A stretch of DNA of 64,000 bases from Mycobacteriales bacterium (GCA_035547515.1 DASZUS010000056.1:40451-104450); one strand, 5' to 3'; positions 27,097 through 35,574 are shown, counted from the first letter of the stretch. Numbers and translations: made by a program. The notes: generated by a model not told the origin, from the letters alone.

Positions 27097-28166
27097 TGAG
27101 CGCACGCGGTGCTCTGGCAGACGAGCTCCATCTCGACGCCTCCGCCCCAACTAAGACGTTCGTTCTCGAAGTCCATACCGATGACCCGGATGCGTACCTC
27201 GAGGAGCTGTTCGGCCGAGGAGCTGTTCACTCTACCGACGACGGGTACCTCCATCGCGCCCTTATCGACGAGGGTGAGATGTGGGTGGACCGACTGGACT
27301 CGCGATTTTGGTCCTTCCACACCGACCTTCCCGCATATCCTGCCAGGCGTTTCCTCCACGAGCGGGTGCAGCGGCGTCGCGACCTGGATTGGCTCTGGCT
27401 ACCCACGCAGCACCTTCGAAGGGTTAGCCGTAACGGCCCGGCGCGAAGGCTGCGGACCGACTTCGCCGGGCAGAGCCTTCGGGGTGTTGACGCTCCTGGA
27501 ACTGGTCTCAAACTGCAAGCCACGGGTAAGCAGGCCGAAAAGCTCTTGGACTTCCTTTCCCAGAGCGATGAGTACAAAGCGGCCTTGTCACTCGACGCGA
27601 TCCAGGTCTCGGTCGACGACGGGGCCGGCGGAGTAATGAATGAGGCTGTACATCGCCAAGGACAGTTCGCCGCGTCGGGCGACAGCCTCGACACGCACCT
27701 GCAGTTTGTGCGATCGGTTGTCGCGACATATGCCTCGTTCATCGAGTTGCTCGAGGCGAAGGCTCTGGGGTGGGATCCGCTGACGGCAGGCGACGACAAC
27801 GAAGGGGCCAGCCTTATCGGAGCGCCCGTCGGCATCCATTTCAGTCAGCACATCGCTGATTTGAGCCTGTTTGTCGAAGAGCTCTTCGACAGCAAGGAAC
27901 CCTTCCGTCTTTGGGGCGTACCACGTGTCGAGGACGATGTCGTGGAGGTAGATGCGGTCGATCTTCACGTCGGCCAGCGTCTTCGGATGGACGTAGGCCA
28001 CGACTGGATGCGCGTCTACTTGGAGCGAGGCTCCTGCGGTAACACCGTGGCGCGTCTTGTCAGCAACCTCCAACACCGCTTCGACAGCGGCCTCGAACTC
28101 AGCGATCCAGCGCTCAACGCAGCGCTGATGGCAGGTGCCGCCGTCGCCGGCTCACTGGTGGCCTAG
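27096..28166 (+). CDS. hypothetical protein (about 356 aa), no recognisable domain
   Basis: AGAGGAGGAG lies immediately upstream. GTG 27093 and ATG 27096 overlap the upstream stop (GTGATGA). The product contains WVDRLDSRFWSFHTD and VDAVDLHVGQRLRMDVGHDWMRVYLERGSCGNTVARLVSNLQ. I cannot place it in a known family. Confidence 0.65.
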   Translation: MSARGALADELHLDASAPTKTFVLEVHTDDPDAYLEELFGRGAVHSTDDGYLHRALIDEGEMWVDRLDSRFWSFHTDLPAYPARRFLHERVQRRRDLDWLWLPTQHLRRVSRNGPARRLRTDFAGQSLRGVDAPGTGLKLQATGKQAEKLLDFLSQSDEYKAALSLDAIQVSVDDGAGGVMNEAVHRQGQFAASGDSLDTHLQFVRSVVATYASFIELLEAKALGWDPLTAGDDNEGASLIGAPVGIHFSQHIADLSLFVEELFDSKEPFRLWGVPRVEDDVVEVDAVDLHVGQRLRMDVGHDWMRVYLERGSCGNTVARLVSNLQHRFDSGLELSDPALNAALMAGAAVAGSLVA

Positions 28167-28471
28167 CGAGCCGGCGAACGCCATGCTCCGTCCGGATCGC
28201 GCAGGATGGTCCTGCCAACACCGAAGTTGTTGTCGTTGACGCGATAGACACTGGGCACGTGAGCGACGACGACGGCCGGCTGCAGTTCGTAGGCGCAGGC
28301 GTCGCGGCGAGTCTCGTCCGTGCTGCCGCCAGGTTCGAGCGGCTGGTCGAAGGCATATCCGTCCACGGAGGCGACTTTCTCGCCGCACGCATGTAAGCGC
28401 CGGTAGGGCCAGCAGATGCCCGCCCCGCCGTCTCGACGGCCCCGGGGGCGATGGCTCTCGCGGAAACGCAT
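28163..28471 (-). CDS. hypothetical protein (102 aa), possibly a truncated remnant
   Basis: ORF with reasonable GC3. It is convergent with the preceding gene and overlaps it by 4 nt. It abuts the IS256 fragment, so it may be the 3' part of a disrupted gene. Confidence 0.35.
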   Translation of the reverse strand: MRFRESHRPRGRRDGGAGICWPYRRLHACGEKVASVDGYAFDQPLEPGGSTDETRRDACAYELQPAVVVAHVPSVYRVNDNNFGVGRTILRDPDGAWRSPAR

Positions 28472-28488
28472 GGGCCCCGACCCGACGA

Positions 28489-28800
28489 GGGGTCTGTCAG
28501 CGTCTGGTTGGCCAGGCCAGGGCTGAGGGGGTGGAGCTGGTCGGCCCTGGCGGGCTGTTGACCGGGTTGACCAAGACGGTGTTGGAGACCGCGCTTGAGG
28601 AGGAGCTCACGGAGCGCCTCGGGTATGACAAGGACGATCCGGTCGGCCGCAACGGTGGCAACAACCGTAACGGCAGCCGTTCCAAGACGGTGCTCACCGA
28701 GGTCGGGCGGTCGAGCTGGACGTTCCGCGCGACCGGGACGGCACGTTCGAGCCGCTGATCGTTCGTAAGCGGCAGCGCCGTTTGGACGGGATCGAGAAGT
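28489..28800 (+). mobile_element. IS256-family transposase N-terminal fragment (frameshifted, truncated pseudogene)
   Basis: The frame reads QRLVGQARAEGVELVGPGGLLTGLTKTVLETALEEELTERLGYDKDDPVGRNGGNNRNGSRSKTVLTEVG. After a 1-nt shift it reads AVELDVPRDRDGTFEPLIVRKRQRRLDGIE. This matches the conserved N-terminal third of IS256-type transposases as I recall them. The homology stops at about 28795 and no DDE core follows. Confidence 0.7.
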
Positions 28801-28858
28801 GCCGTTCGGGGTTCACTCGGGAGACCGGGCACCAGACGCCACGGCAGTGCGCTCAGCA

Positions 28859-29290
28859 TCACGCCGAAGCGCGACCGCATGCGCCGCAGACCCCAGAGAA
28901 CGTGACAGCGGCGCGTCCGCAACTCGGGCAGACCTTTAGGTCGTGACGCTCGGCGCTCTTCGCGGTGTCCCCGTGAGGCTCCGATACCGGAACGTCTCGT
29001 CCGCAGTGCTTACAGATGATGGCGGCAGGCTGAATGACCTCGGCACACCAAGGGCAGTGTCGGAGTCGCTGCCCGGCAAGCACCTGTGTCGCGGCTGCGA
29101 CCTGAGCACTGCGTACTGCTTCTGCCTCTGGAGTCGCGGGAATCACTGCGACGATGATCAGCCCAATCGGGCCGAAAAGAAGCCCAAGCACGAAACCCGC
29201 GCCAGCATGGCCCTTATTTGAGCCAATTGCGCTGCCGATGATGGCGAAAGGCAGCCCGACGACAAGCAGCAGCGCCACGAATGCGCCCAC
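28859..29290 (-). CDS. membrane protein with C-terminal double zinc-ribbon
   Basis: The ORF opens at 29350 (GTG). A better start is the GTG at 29290, preceded by GGAAGGGGG. It has two Gly-rich TM helices, then CPWC...CKHC and CPSC...CGAC pairs. Confidence 0.55.
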   Translation of the reverse strand: MGAFVALLLVVGLPFAIIGSAIGSNKGHAGAGFVLGLLFGPIGLIIVAVIPATPEAEAVRSAQVAAATQVLAGQRLRHCPWCAEVIQPAAIICKHCGRDVPVSEPHGDTAKSAERHDLKVCPSCGRAAVTFSGVCGACGRASA

Positions 29291-29582
29291 AGATGTAGCC
29301 CCCTTCCGCGCGTCCGACAACGAAGGCGCGCACGGCGTATGACAGCACACTCACTTCCCGGCGGTGCCTGGTTCTGCGGCCCCGACGCGCCGTAAGGCGC
29401 GTGCGGCGCCTAACGACTGAGTACGGCGGGTCGCCGGGGCGGAATGGCTCAAAATGCCCATGGAAAAGCCCGATCTCGCGCTCAAGACTGGAGCGTGATG
29501 ATCACGGGATGACTTGCAGCACGCTCCACCAGCTGCTCATCTCTTGTCCAGGCGCAAGCTGCGGGAAGGACCGACTCGGACG

Positions 29583-29993
29583 ATGGCCGTGCTGGGCATG
29601 ATGGTGGTCATCGGCGCGCCCGTGCTCGCTATGCTCGCCGGCTTCGCGTTGACGAGATGGACGGGCGTGGGGGCGAACGAGCTGTTTCGACGTGGCCTTG
29701 TCTCGCCCAGGCACGTCATGGATTCTCCGCCCGTTGTCGAGAACTACCAGTGGATGTCGTTGGCTGATGCCGCGCAATATCTCGGGCTTGCAGAAAGGCG
29801 GCTCCGGCCAACGGTCTCGGCCGGAGTCCTCAAGCGAGCGACGAACTACGCGGGCGAGGTTGGCGTCACCCGCTCGTCCATCGAGCGGCAGTTGGAATGG
29901 CGCCGGAACTCGACGAAGAAGGACCGGGCACGTCGGGCGGCCCTGACCGTCCTTTCCGCCTTGTTCGGGCCTTATAGGGACTACCGCCCGTAG
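29583..29993 (+). CDS. membrane-anchored hypothetical protein with putative helix-turn-helix
   Basis: ATG at 29583 after GGGAAGGA. It has an N-terminal TM helix (MAVLGMMVVIGAPVLAMLAGFAL) and an excisionase/MerR-like segment (WMSLADAAQYLGLAERRLR). Confidence 0.45.
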   Translation: MAVLGMMVVIGAPVLAMLAGFALTRWTGVGANELFRRGLVSPRHVMDSPPVVENYQWMSLADAAQYLGLAERRLRPTVSAGVLKRATNYAGEVGVTRSSIERQLEWRRNSTKKDRARRAALTVLSALFGPYRDYRP

Positions 29994-30042
29994 CGCGCCG
30001 TTAGAACCGTTAGCCGGCCGAGTGCGCCGTGCGTAACGGCAC

Positions 30043-30294
30043 CTATTCCTCGACTGGACGCACCCAAGTCGCGCGATAGTCAAAGCTGTCTTGCTGAGCC
30101 TGCTCGAAGGTGAAGCGCACCTGCTGGCCAGTGACTAACTCTCTGTAGCCCTGCATGTCTATGACCGAGAAGCCGACCCAGGCATCGCGGCCGTGGGGAA
30201 GGTCGGGCGAACTGATCGCGCCCCAGCCTCTGTCCGGCTTGAAGAACTTCACAACGCCGCGACTCGCTCGTGGTCTGTCCGACACGCGACCCAT
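30043..30294 (-). CDS. cold-shock domain (CSD) containing protein, divergent type
   Basis: ATG at 30294 gives MGRVSDRPRASRGVVKFFKPDRGWGAISSPDLPHGRDAWVGFSVIDMQGYRELVTGQQVRFTFEQ. It has an RNP1-like KFF..DRGWGAI in place of the canonical KGFGFI. Confidence 0.65.
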   Translation of the reverse strand: MGRVSDRPRASRGVVKFFKPDRGWGAISSPDLPHGRDAWVGFSVIDMQGYRELVTGQQVRFTFEQAQQDSFDYRATWVRPVEE

Positions 30295-30357
30295 CTTGCC
30301 TCCGCACTTCGGCCACAAGTGCGTGACAACGGCAGGCGTCATCGCCGACGCCGTTGC

Positions 30358-30369
30358 GCAACTAGTTGC
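30358..30369. promoter_or_regulatory. 12-bp palindrome GCAACTAGTTGC, candidate MarR operator, next to a TATAGT -10 box
   Basis: It lies in the AT-rich divergent region between the CSD gene and marR. TATAGT at 30382..30387 ends 6 nt before the marR ATG, which suggests a leaderless mRNA. Confidence 0.35.
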
Positions 30370-30393
30370 ATAAGGTAATGATATAGTTGGCTC

Positions 30394-30855
30394 ATGGACG
30401 AGCCGTCGGTCGAGAGCCTCAGCGATGAGCTGGTCACATGCCTCGAGGACCTGATCAGCGTCCTGCGGCAGCTGCCTGCAGATCCTGACCTGAGCCTGAA
30501 CGCTGCACTCGTCGTCCGCCACTGCGTCGCCAACGGACCCACGCGGGTGTCGGTGCTCGCCGAACAGCTCGGAGTCAGCCAGCCCGCAGCAACCCAACTC
30601 GTCGACCGTCTGCAAGCCGAGGGCTGGGTACGGCGGACAGCCGACGCAGACGACCGCCGGGCCGTGCTGACCGTGGCGACTGCGACCGGCCGACGCCGGC
30701 TTGCCAAACGACACGCGACACGGGTGCGGTCCGTCGCCCAAGGCGTACGGGAGCTCGATGCGTCGCAGCAGCGCCTCCTGCAGGCCGCGGCACCTGCCCT
30801 GAAGGAGCTTGTCTCCACCCTGAAGTCCATCACGCGCAATGGAGATGCGGCATGA
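30394..30855 (+). CDS. MarR family transcriptional regulator
   Basis: 153 aa. It has a winged-HTH segment (PTRVSVLAEQLGVSQPAATQLVDRLQAEGWVRR..DADDRR). Its stop overlaps the MFS start (ATGA). Confidence 0.85.
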   Translation: MDEPSVESLSDELVTCLEDLISVLRQLPADPDLSLNAALVVRHCVANGPTRVSVLAEQLGVSQPAATQLVDRLQAEGWVRRTADADDRRAVLTVATATGRRRLAKRHATRVRSVAQGVRELDASQQRLLQAAAPALKELVSTLKSITRNGDAA

Positions 30856-32123
30856 CCGCTGAGTCGACACGCAGCAACGACGTGCAAGCCGTGAGCCCGT
30901 TCCGCCAGCCGCGCGCCGTCTGGGCCGTCGCGCTGGCGTGCGTCGTCTCGTTCATGGGCATCGGCTTGGTCGACCCGATCTTGCCCGCCCTGCGCTCCTC
31001 GTTGCACGCGAGCACCAGCCAGATCTCCCTGCTGTTCACCAGCTACCTGGTCGTGACGGCCGTGATGATGCTGATCACCAACGCGGTGAGCAGCCGGATC
31101 GGCGCGAAGCGCACCCTGGTCGGAGGGCTGGTCCTGATCGTCGCGTTCTCCCTGTTAGCCGGTACGTCGAACAGCGTGGGCCAGATCGTCGGCTACCGCG
31201 CCGGATGGGGCCTCGGCAACGCGCTGTTCATCGCCACCTCCCTCGCGGTGATCGTCGCGTCGGCATCCGGCGGCTTCACCGGCGCGATCGTGCTGTACGA
31301 GACGGCGCTCGGCGTCGGGATCGCGGTCGGCCCGCTGCTCGGCGGACTACTCGGCGGGGTCAGCTGGCGCGGGCCGTTCTTCGGCGTCTCCGCGCTCATG
31401 GCGGTCGCCCTGGTGCTCACCGTCACGCTGGTCGACCGCACTCCCCCGCCGCCGACTCGGACATCGGTGCTGGCTCCGATCAAGGCGCTCTCGCACCGCG
31501 GGCTGCTGACGCTGAGCCTGGTCGCCCTGCTCTACAACTGGGGCTTCTTCACCCTGCTGGGTTATTCGCCGTACCCGATGGGGCTCGACGCCCACCAACT
31601 CGGCCTGGTCTTCTGCGGCTGGGGCATCTTGGTCGCCATCTTCGCGGTCGAGGGCGCGCCGCGACTGCAGGCCCGCTTCGGTACGGCCCGCACGCTCTAC
31701 GCCAACCTCGCGATCTTCGCGATCGTGCTCGTCGCGACGGGCATCTGGGTGCACCACCTGGCGCCACTCGTCGTCATGGTGATCGTCGCCGGCGCGTGCA
31801 TCGGGCTGAACAACACGCTGATGACGCAGGCCGTCATGACCATCTCGGAAGCCGATCGCCCGGTCGCCTCTGCCGCGTACGGGTTCGTGCGATTCATCGG
31901 CGGTGGGCTTGCGCCGTACTTCGCCAGCAGGCTCGCGCAAGCACACGGCGACCACCTTCCGTTCTACATCGGGGCCGCAGCGGTCGCCCTCGCGGTCCCC
32001 GTGCTCGCCTCTGTGCACGGGCAGCTCGCCGTCGCCGAGCAGCGCCAGAGTGAGTCACACACCGAGCCACGCTTGGACGACCCCGATGTCGTCGAAGAAG
32101 CCGCGATCAACTCCGCCAGCTGA
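30852..32123 (+). CDS. MFS transporter (drug:H+ antiporter-like)
   Basis: 423 aa, about 12 TM helices. An MFS motif A-like segment LITNAVSSRIGAKRTL is present. Confidence 0.85.
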   Translation: MTAESTRSNDVQAVSPFRQPRAVWAVALACVVSFMGIGLVDPILPALRSSLHASTSQISLLFTSYLVVTAVMMLITNAVSSRIGAKRTLVGGLVLIVAFSLLAGTSNSVGQIVGYRAGWGLGNALFIATSLAVIVASASGGFTGAIVLYETALGVGIAVGPLLGGLLGGVSWRGPFFGVSALMAVALVLTVTLVDRTPPPPTRTSVLAPIKALSHRGLLTLSLVALLYNWGFFTLLGYSPYPMGLDAHQLGLVFCGWGILVAIFAVEGAPRLQARFGTARTLYANLAIFAIVLVATGIWVHHLAPLVVMVIVAGACIGLNNTLMTQAVMTISEADRPVASAAYGFVRFIGGGLAPYFASRLAQAHGDHLPFYIGAAAVALAVPVLASVHGQLAVAEQRQSESHTEPRLDDPDVVEEAAINSAS

Positions 32124-32575
32124 TGGCCCTTCCCACGCAGTTCGAGCTCGGCACCGACGGCGCCCGGACCATCGTCGCCGGCGTCGATGGCTCCGAGCAG
32201 TCGTTGCGCGCGGCGAGCTTCGCCGCAGGATGGGCCCGCCGCGATGGCTCTGCGTTGGTGTGCGTCTACGTCCAACGCTGGCATGCCGCTGCCAGCCAGG
32301 ACCCGCACGCCGCGATGATCTGCGAGCAGGGCGAGCGCGAAGTGGTCGCCAAGCTCAGGCGCGACTTGCTCGACGCCCAGACGCGCTGGGGTGTCCGCGC
32401 CGAACTCGTCGTACGCCGCGGCGACCCGACCTCGGAGCTCGCCAAGGTCGCCGACGAAGTCCGTGCCGACTCAGTCGTGGTCGGCCGATCTACGAAGGTC
32501 GGTCACGAAAGGCTCGGCTCAACCGGTGGGAAGCTGATCCGCGCCGGCCGCTGGCCGGTCACCGTCGTGCCATGA
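32123..32575 (+). CDS. universal stress protein (UspA family)
   Basis: 150 aa. IVAGVDGSEQSLRA...DSVVVGRS...GS.G are USP motifs. Its start overlaps the MFS stop. Confidence 0.8.
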   Translation: MALPTQFELGTDGARTIVAGVDGSEQSLRAASFAAGWARRDGSALVCVYVQRWHAAASQDPHAAMICEQGEREVVAKLRRDLLDAQTRWGVRAELVVRRGDPTSELAKVADEVRADSVVVGRSTKVGHERLGSTGGKLIRAGRWPVTVVP

Positions 32576-34750
32576 GTCCTGCTGCGACGCAGTGCCGGCG
32601 ACCGGGGCGTCGGAGCCCTCGACGTTGAGCTGCGGAATCAGCCGGTCGAGCCAGCGCGGCAGCCACCAGTTGGCCTCACCGAAGACGTGCATCAGGGCCG
32701 GCACCAGGACGGTTCGCACGATGAAGGCGTCGATGATGATCGCACCGGCAAGTCCGAGGCCGAACTGCTTGATGACCACGCTGGGACCGAGCGCGAACGA
32801 CGCGAAGACCAGGATCATGATCGCGGCAGCAGCGGTGATCACCCGCCCGGTAGCTGCCTGACCGACCGTCACTGCGGCACGGTTGTCGCGCCGGGCCACC
32901 CACTCCTCGTGCATCCGGCTGACCAGAAACACCTCGTAGTCCATCGAGAGCCCGAACAGGATGGACACCATCAACACCGGTACGAAGACTTCCACCGGCG
33001 CCTTTGCCGAGATCCCGAACAGCGACTTCCCCCAGCCCCACTCGAAGACTGCGTTCATCAGGCCGAGCGCGGCGCCCACGGAGAGCAGGTTCATCACCGA
33101 GGCGATCAGCGGGACCAGCAGGCTTCGGAAGACCGCCATCAGGAGCAGGAACCCCAGCACCACGACGACCGCGATGAACAGCGGCAGCTTGGCCGACAAG
33201 ATGTGGTTGAAGTCCGTCTGGATGGCGGTCTGACCACCGACGAGGACAGACAGCCCGGAGCCGGCCTCGGCGTGCGGCAAGACGGTGCCTCGCAACCGAT
33301 GAAGCAACGCGGTGGTCTGCTTCGACTGCGGGCTGGTGGTCGGATACAGCTGTGCGATCGCCACCGTCTTCTGCGGATTGAGCACCGGTGCGGTGACCCG
33401 CGCCACGCCCGGCTGTTGCGCCAGACCGGCAGTGATCGCGCCGAAGCGAGCCGCATCATCTGCTGACGGCAGCTGCGCAACCAGCTCGAACGGACCGCTG
33501 AAGCCAGGACCGAAACCCTCCGACAACAGCTCGTAGGCGCGGTGCGTGGTGGAGCTCGCCGGGTCACTGCCGGCGTCGTCGAGCCCCAGCCGGAGAGTGA
33601 AGATCGGAAGGGCGATCACGACGACGACGGCGAGAGCAACCAAAGCGGGGATGGTGGGGCGACGCTCGATAAACGCTGCCCAGCGCTGCCACCGCCCTCC
33701 TGCATGCTCGGGCACCGGGCCGCTCTCCCTCATGGCCGACCGTTGCCGACGACTGAAGACCTTCATGCCGAAGAACCCGAGCAGCGCTGGCAGCAAGGTC
33801 AGCGAAGCCAGCATCGTGAGCCCGACGGTGATCGCCGCAGAGACCGCGATGCCATAGAGAAAGGAGACGCCGAGCGCGAACTGCCCGAGCAGCGCGATGC
33901 AGACGGTCAAGCCCGCGAAGAACACTGCCCGCCCGGCGGTGTTCACCGCGCCGACCGCAGCGTCCTCGACGTTCAGCCCGGCTCGCACCTTGGCCCGATG
34001 CCGAGTCACGATGAGGAGGGCGTAGTCGATCCCGACACCCAAGCCGATGAGTACGCCGAGCAACGTCGCGAAGCTCGCGATCGAGAACACATGGCTGAGC
34101 AGGCCAGTGACGGAGTAGCCGACACCGATGGCGATGAGCGCGGTAATCAACGGAACGAAGGCTGCAAAGAGGGCGCCGAAGGCGATTCCGAGCACGATCA
34201 GCGCCAGCACGATGCCGGAGCCCGTGCTGCTCGAGCTGCCCTGCGACTGCACCTGCTCGATGTCCTGCCCGCCCAGCTCGACTTGGAGCTCAGGGGTGCG
34301 CGCCGCCTCGGCCGTCTTGACGACCTGCTTGATCGCGTCTTTCGGGAGGTTCTGAGTCTCCTCGTCGAAGACGACCGTCGCGAACGCGATCGTGCCGTCG
34401 CGACTGATCTGCGCCGAACCGCCTGCGTCGTACGGGCTCCGGACGCCCACCACGTGCGCCGACCGCGCGAGGGCCGCCAGCATGTCGGTCACTTGCTCGC
34501 GAACCGAGGGAGAGCGCACCGTTCCGGACAGGGTGTGGATGACGACCTGGTCGGAACTGCCGGACGCGGAAGCGAAGTCGGAGCGGAGCAGATCGAGCGC
34601 CTGGGAGGACTGCGTGTGCGGCAGCTGGAACTTCGTGGAGAAGTTGGTCCCGAGCCCCCGGCTCAGAGCAAATGACCCGATCAGCGCGAGGAGCCAGAGC
34701 GCCAGCACCGCCCGGCGCCGACGAAAACACCAGGCGGCGAGCGACTTCAC
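32519..34750 (-). CDS. MMPL family (RND superfamily) transporter
   Basis: 743 aa. MKSLAAWCFRRRRAVLALWLLAL..., two 6-TM bundles, and GVGIDYALLIV and GLSMDYEVFLVSRM motifs are typical of MMPL proteins. Confidence 0.9.
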   Translation of the reverse strand: MKSLAAWCFRRRRAVLALWLLALIGSFALSRGLGTNFSTKFQLPHTQSSQALDLLRSDFASASGSSDQVVIHTLSGTVRSPSVREQVTDMLAALARSAHVVGVRSPYDAGGSAQISRDGTIAFATVVFDEETQNLPKDAIKQVVKTAEAARTPELQVELGGQDIEQVQSQGSSSSTGSGIVLALIVLGIAFGALFAAFVPLITALIAIGVGYSVTGLLSHVFSIASFATLLGVLIGLGVGIDYALLIVTRHRAKVRAGLNVEDAAVGAVNTAGRAVFFAGLTVCIALLGQFALGVSFLYGIAVSAAITVGLTMLASLTLLPALLGFFGMKVFSRRQRSAMRESGPVPEHAGGRWQRWAAFIERRPTIPALVALAVVVVIALPIFTLRLGLDDAGSDPASSTTHRAYELLSEGFGPGFSGPFELVAQLPSADDAARFGAITAGLAQQPGVARVTAPVLNPQKTVAIAQLYPTTSPQSKQTTALLHRLRGTVLPHAEAGSGLSVLVGGQTAIQTDFNHILSAKLPLFIAVVVVLGFLLLMAVFRSLLVPLIASVMNLLSVGAALGLMNAVFEWGWGKSLFGISAKAPVEVFVPVLMVSILFGLSMDYEVFLVSRMHEEWVARRDNRAAVTVGQAATGRVITAAAAIMILVFASFALGPSVVIKQFGLGLAGAIIIDAFIVRTVLVPALMHVFGEANWWLPRWLDRLIPQLNVEGSDAPVAGTASQQDSWHDGDRPAAGADQLPTG

Positions 34751-34783
34751 TCGTCCTCCTGGTCGTCATTACTCAGAACTTGG

Positions 34784-35323
34784 TTGAGGCAAGCAAGTCT
34801 AGCCATTGGGCCGGTTAGCCCCCTGCCGCCGGGGGACATCACGCCCGTGAGGGCGTGGCGATGGGCGGCCGAGATCGGCGCCTGGGCAGCAGCGGCCCTC
34901 GGCGTCTGGCTGCTCACCCTCTCCTCGGTCACCTACGCGGACCTGAGCGTCGCCATCCCCGCGGCGTTGGCCTCCGGCGCAGGAGCGCGGGCGTCCCGCC
35001 GGGCGTTGTCGCTCCGGGCTGCCAACGGCGGCCGACTCCACTGGCTGACGGTCCTTCCGGCCGCGATCGTGCGGGACACCGCCGCGGTGCTTGCCCTGCC
35101 GTGGCGCCGGCTGCTCCGCGACGTCCCGGAGGGGCACTGGGAGCGGATCCCTGTACGCCCGGGAGCCGACACTGAGGCATCGGCGGCCAGAATCGTCGCG
35201 ACCGCGCTCGTTTCGGCCACACCGGGCAGCTTCGTCGTCCACGACGACCCGGACACCGGCGAGCTGCTCGTGCACGTCCTGGTGTCCGGCAGGCCCTCGG
35301 TCACAGCGGTGGTGCGCGGGTGA
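34784..35323 (+). CDS. mnhE: Na+/H+ antiporter subunit E (MrpE/MnhE, MbhA-like)
   Basis: 179 aa from TTG at 34784. GTG at 34847 would give a more typical 158 aa. It is the first gene of a translationally coupled seven-gene set, and its stop overlaps the next start (GTGA). Confidence 0.65.
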   Translation: MRQASLAIGPVSPLPPGDITPVRAWRWAAEIGAWAAAALGVWLLTLSSVTYADLSVAIPAALASGAGARASRRALSLRAANGGRLHWLTVLPAAIVRDTAAVLALPWRRLLRDVPEGHWERIPVRPGADTEASAARIVATALVSATPGSFVVHDDPDTGELLVHVLVSGRPSVTAVVRG

Positions 35324-35574
35324 ACGCGTGGATCGCCGCCTCGGCAGTGCTCCTGGTGGCCGGCCTAGGCCCGGCACTCGTTGTCGGCTCGCGGGGCGAC
35401 GGGATTGCGCGGCTTGTCGGCCTGCAACTGGCGTCGCCGGTCGCGGTCTTCGCTCTGATGGCCTTCTCGGTCGGGGTGAACCAGCCGAGCTATCTCATCG
35501 TGCCGCTCGTGCTGGCGGTGCTCAACGTGGTGGGCACGCTGGTCTACACGCGCCTGCTCGGGCCGCGAGCATGA
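35320..35574 (+). CDS. mnhF: monovalent cation/H+ antiporter subunit F (MrpF/MbhB-like)
   Basis: 84 aa, three TM helices, in the conserved position after subunit E. It has ATGA overlap with the next gene. Confidence 0.7.
   Translation: MNAWIAASAVLLVAGLGPALVVGSRGDGIARLVGLQLASPVAVFALMAFSVGVNQPSYLIVPLVLAVLNVVGTLVYTRLLGPRA

Noticed and set aside
29383-29400. The hairpin ACGCGCC-GTAA-GGCGCGT resembles the pspA palindrome CGCGCCGTACGGCGCG, which hinted at a shared motif.
   Set aside because: Short GC-only palindromes are expected frequently at this base composition. Two loosely similar instances are insufficient.
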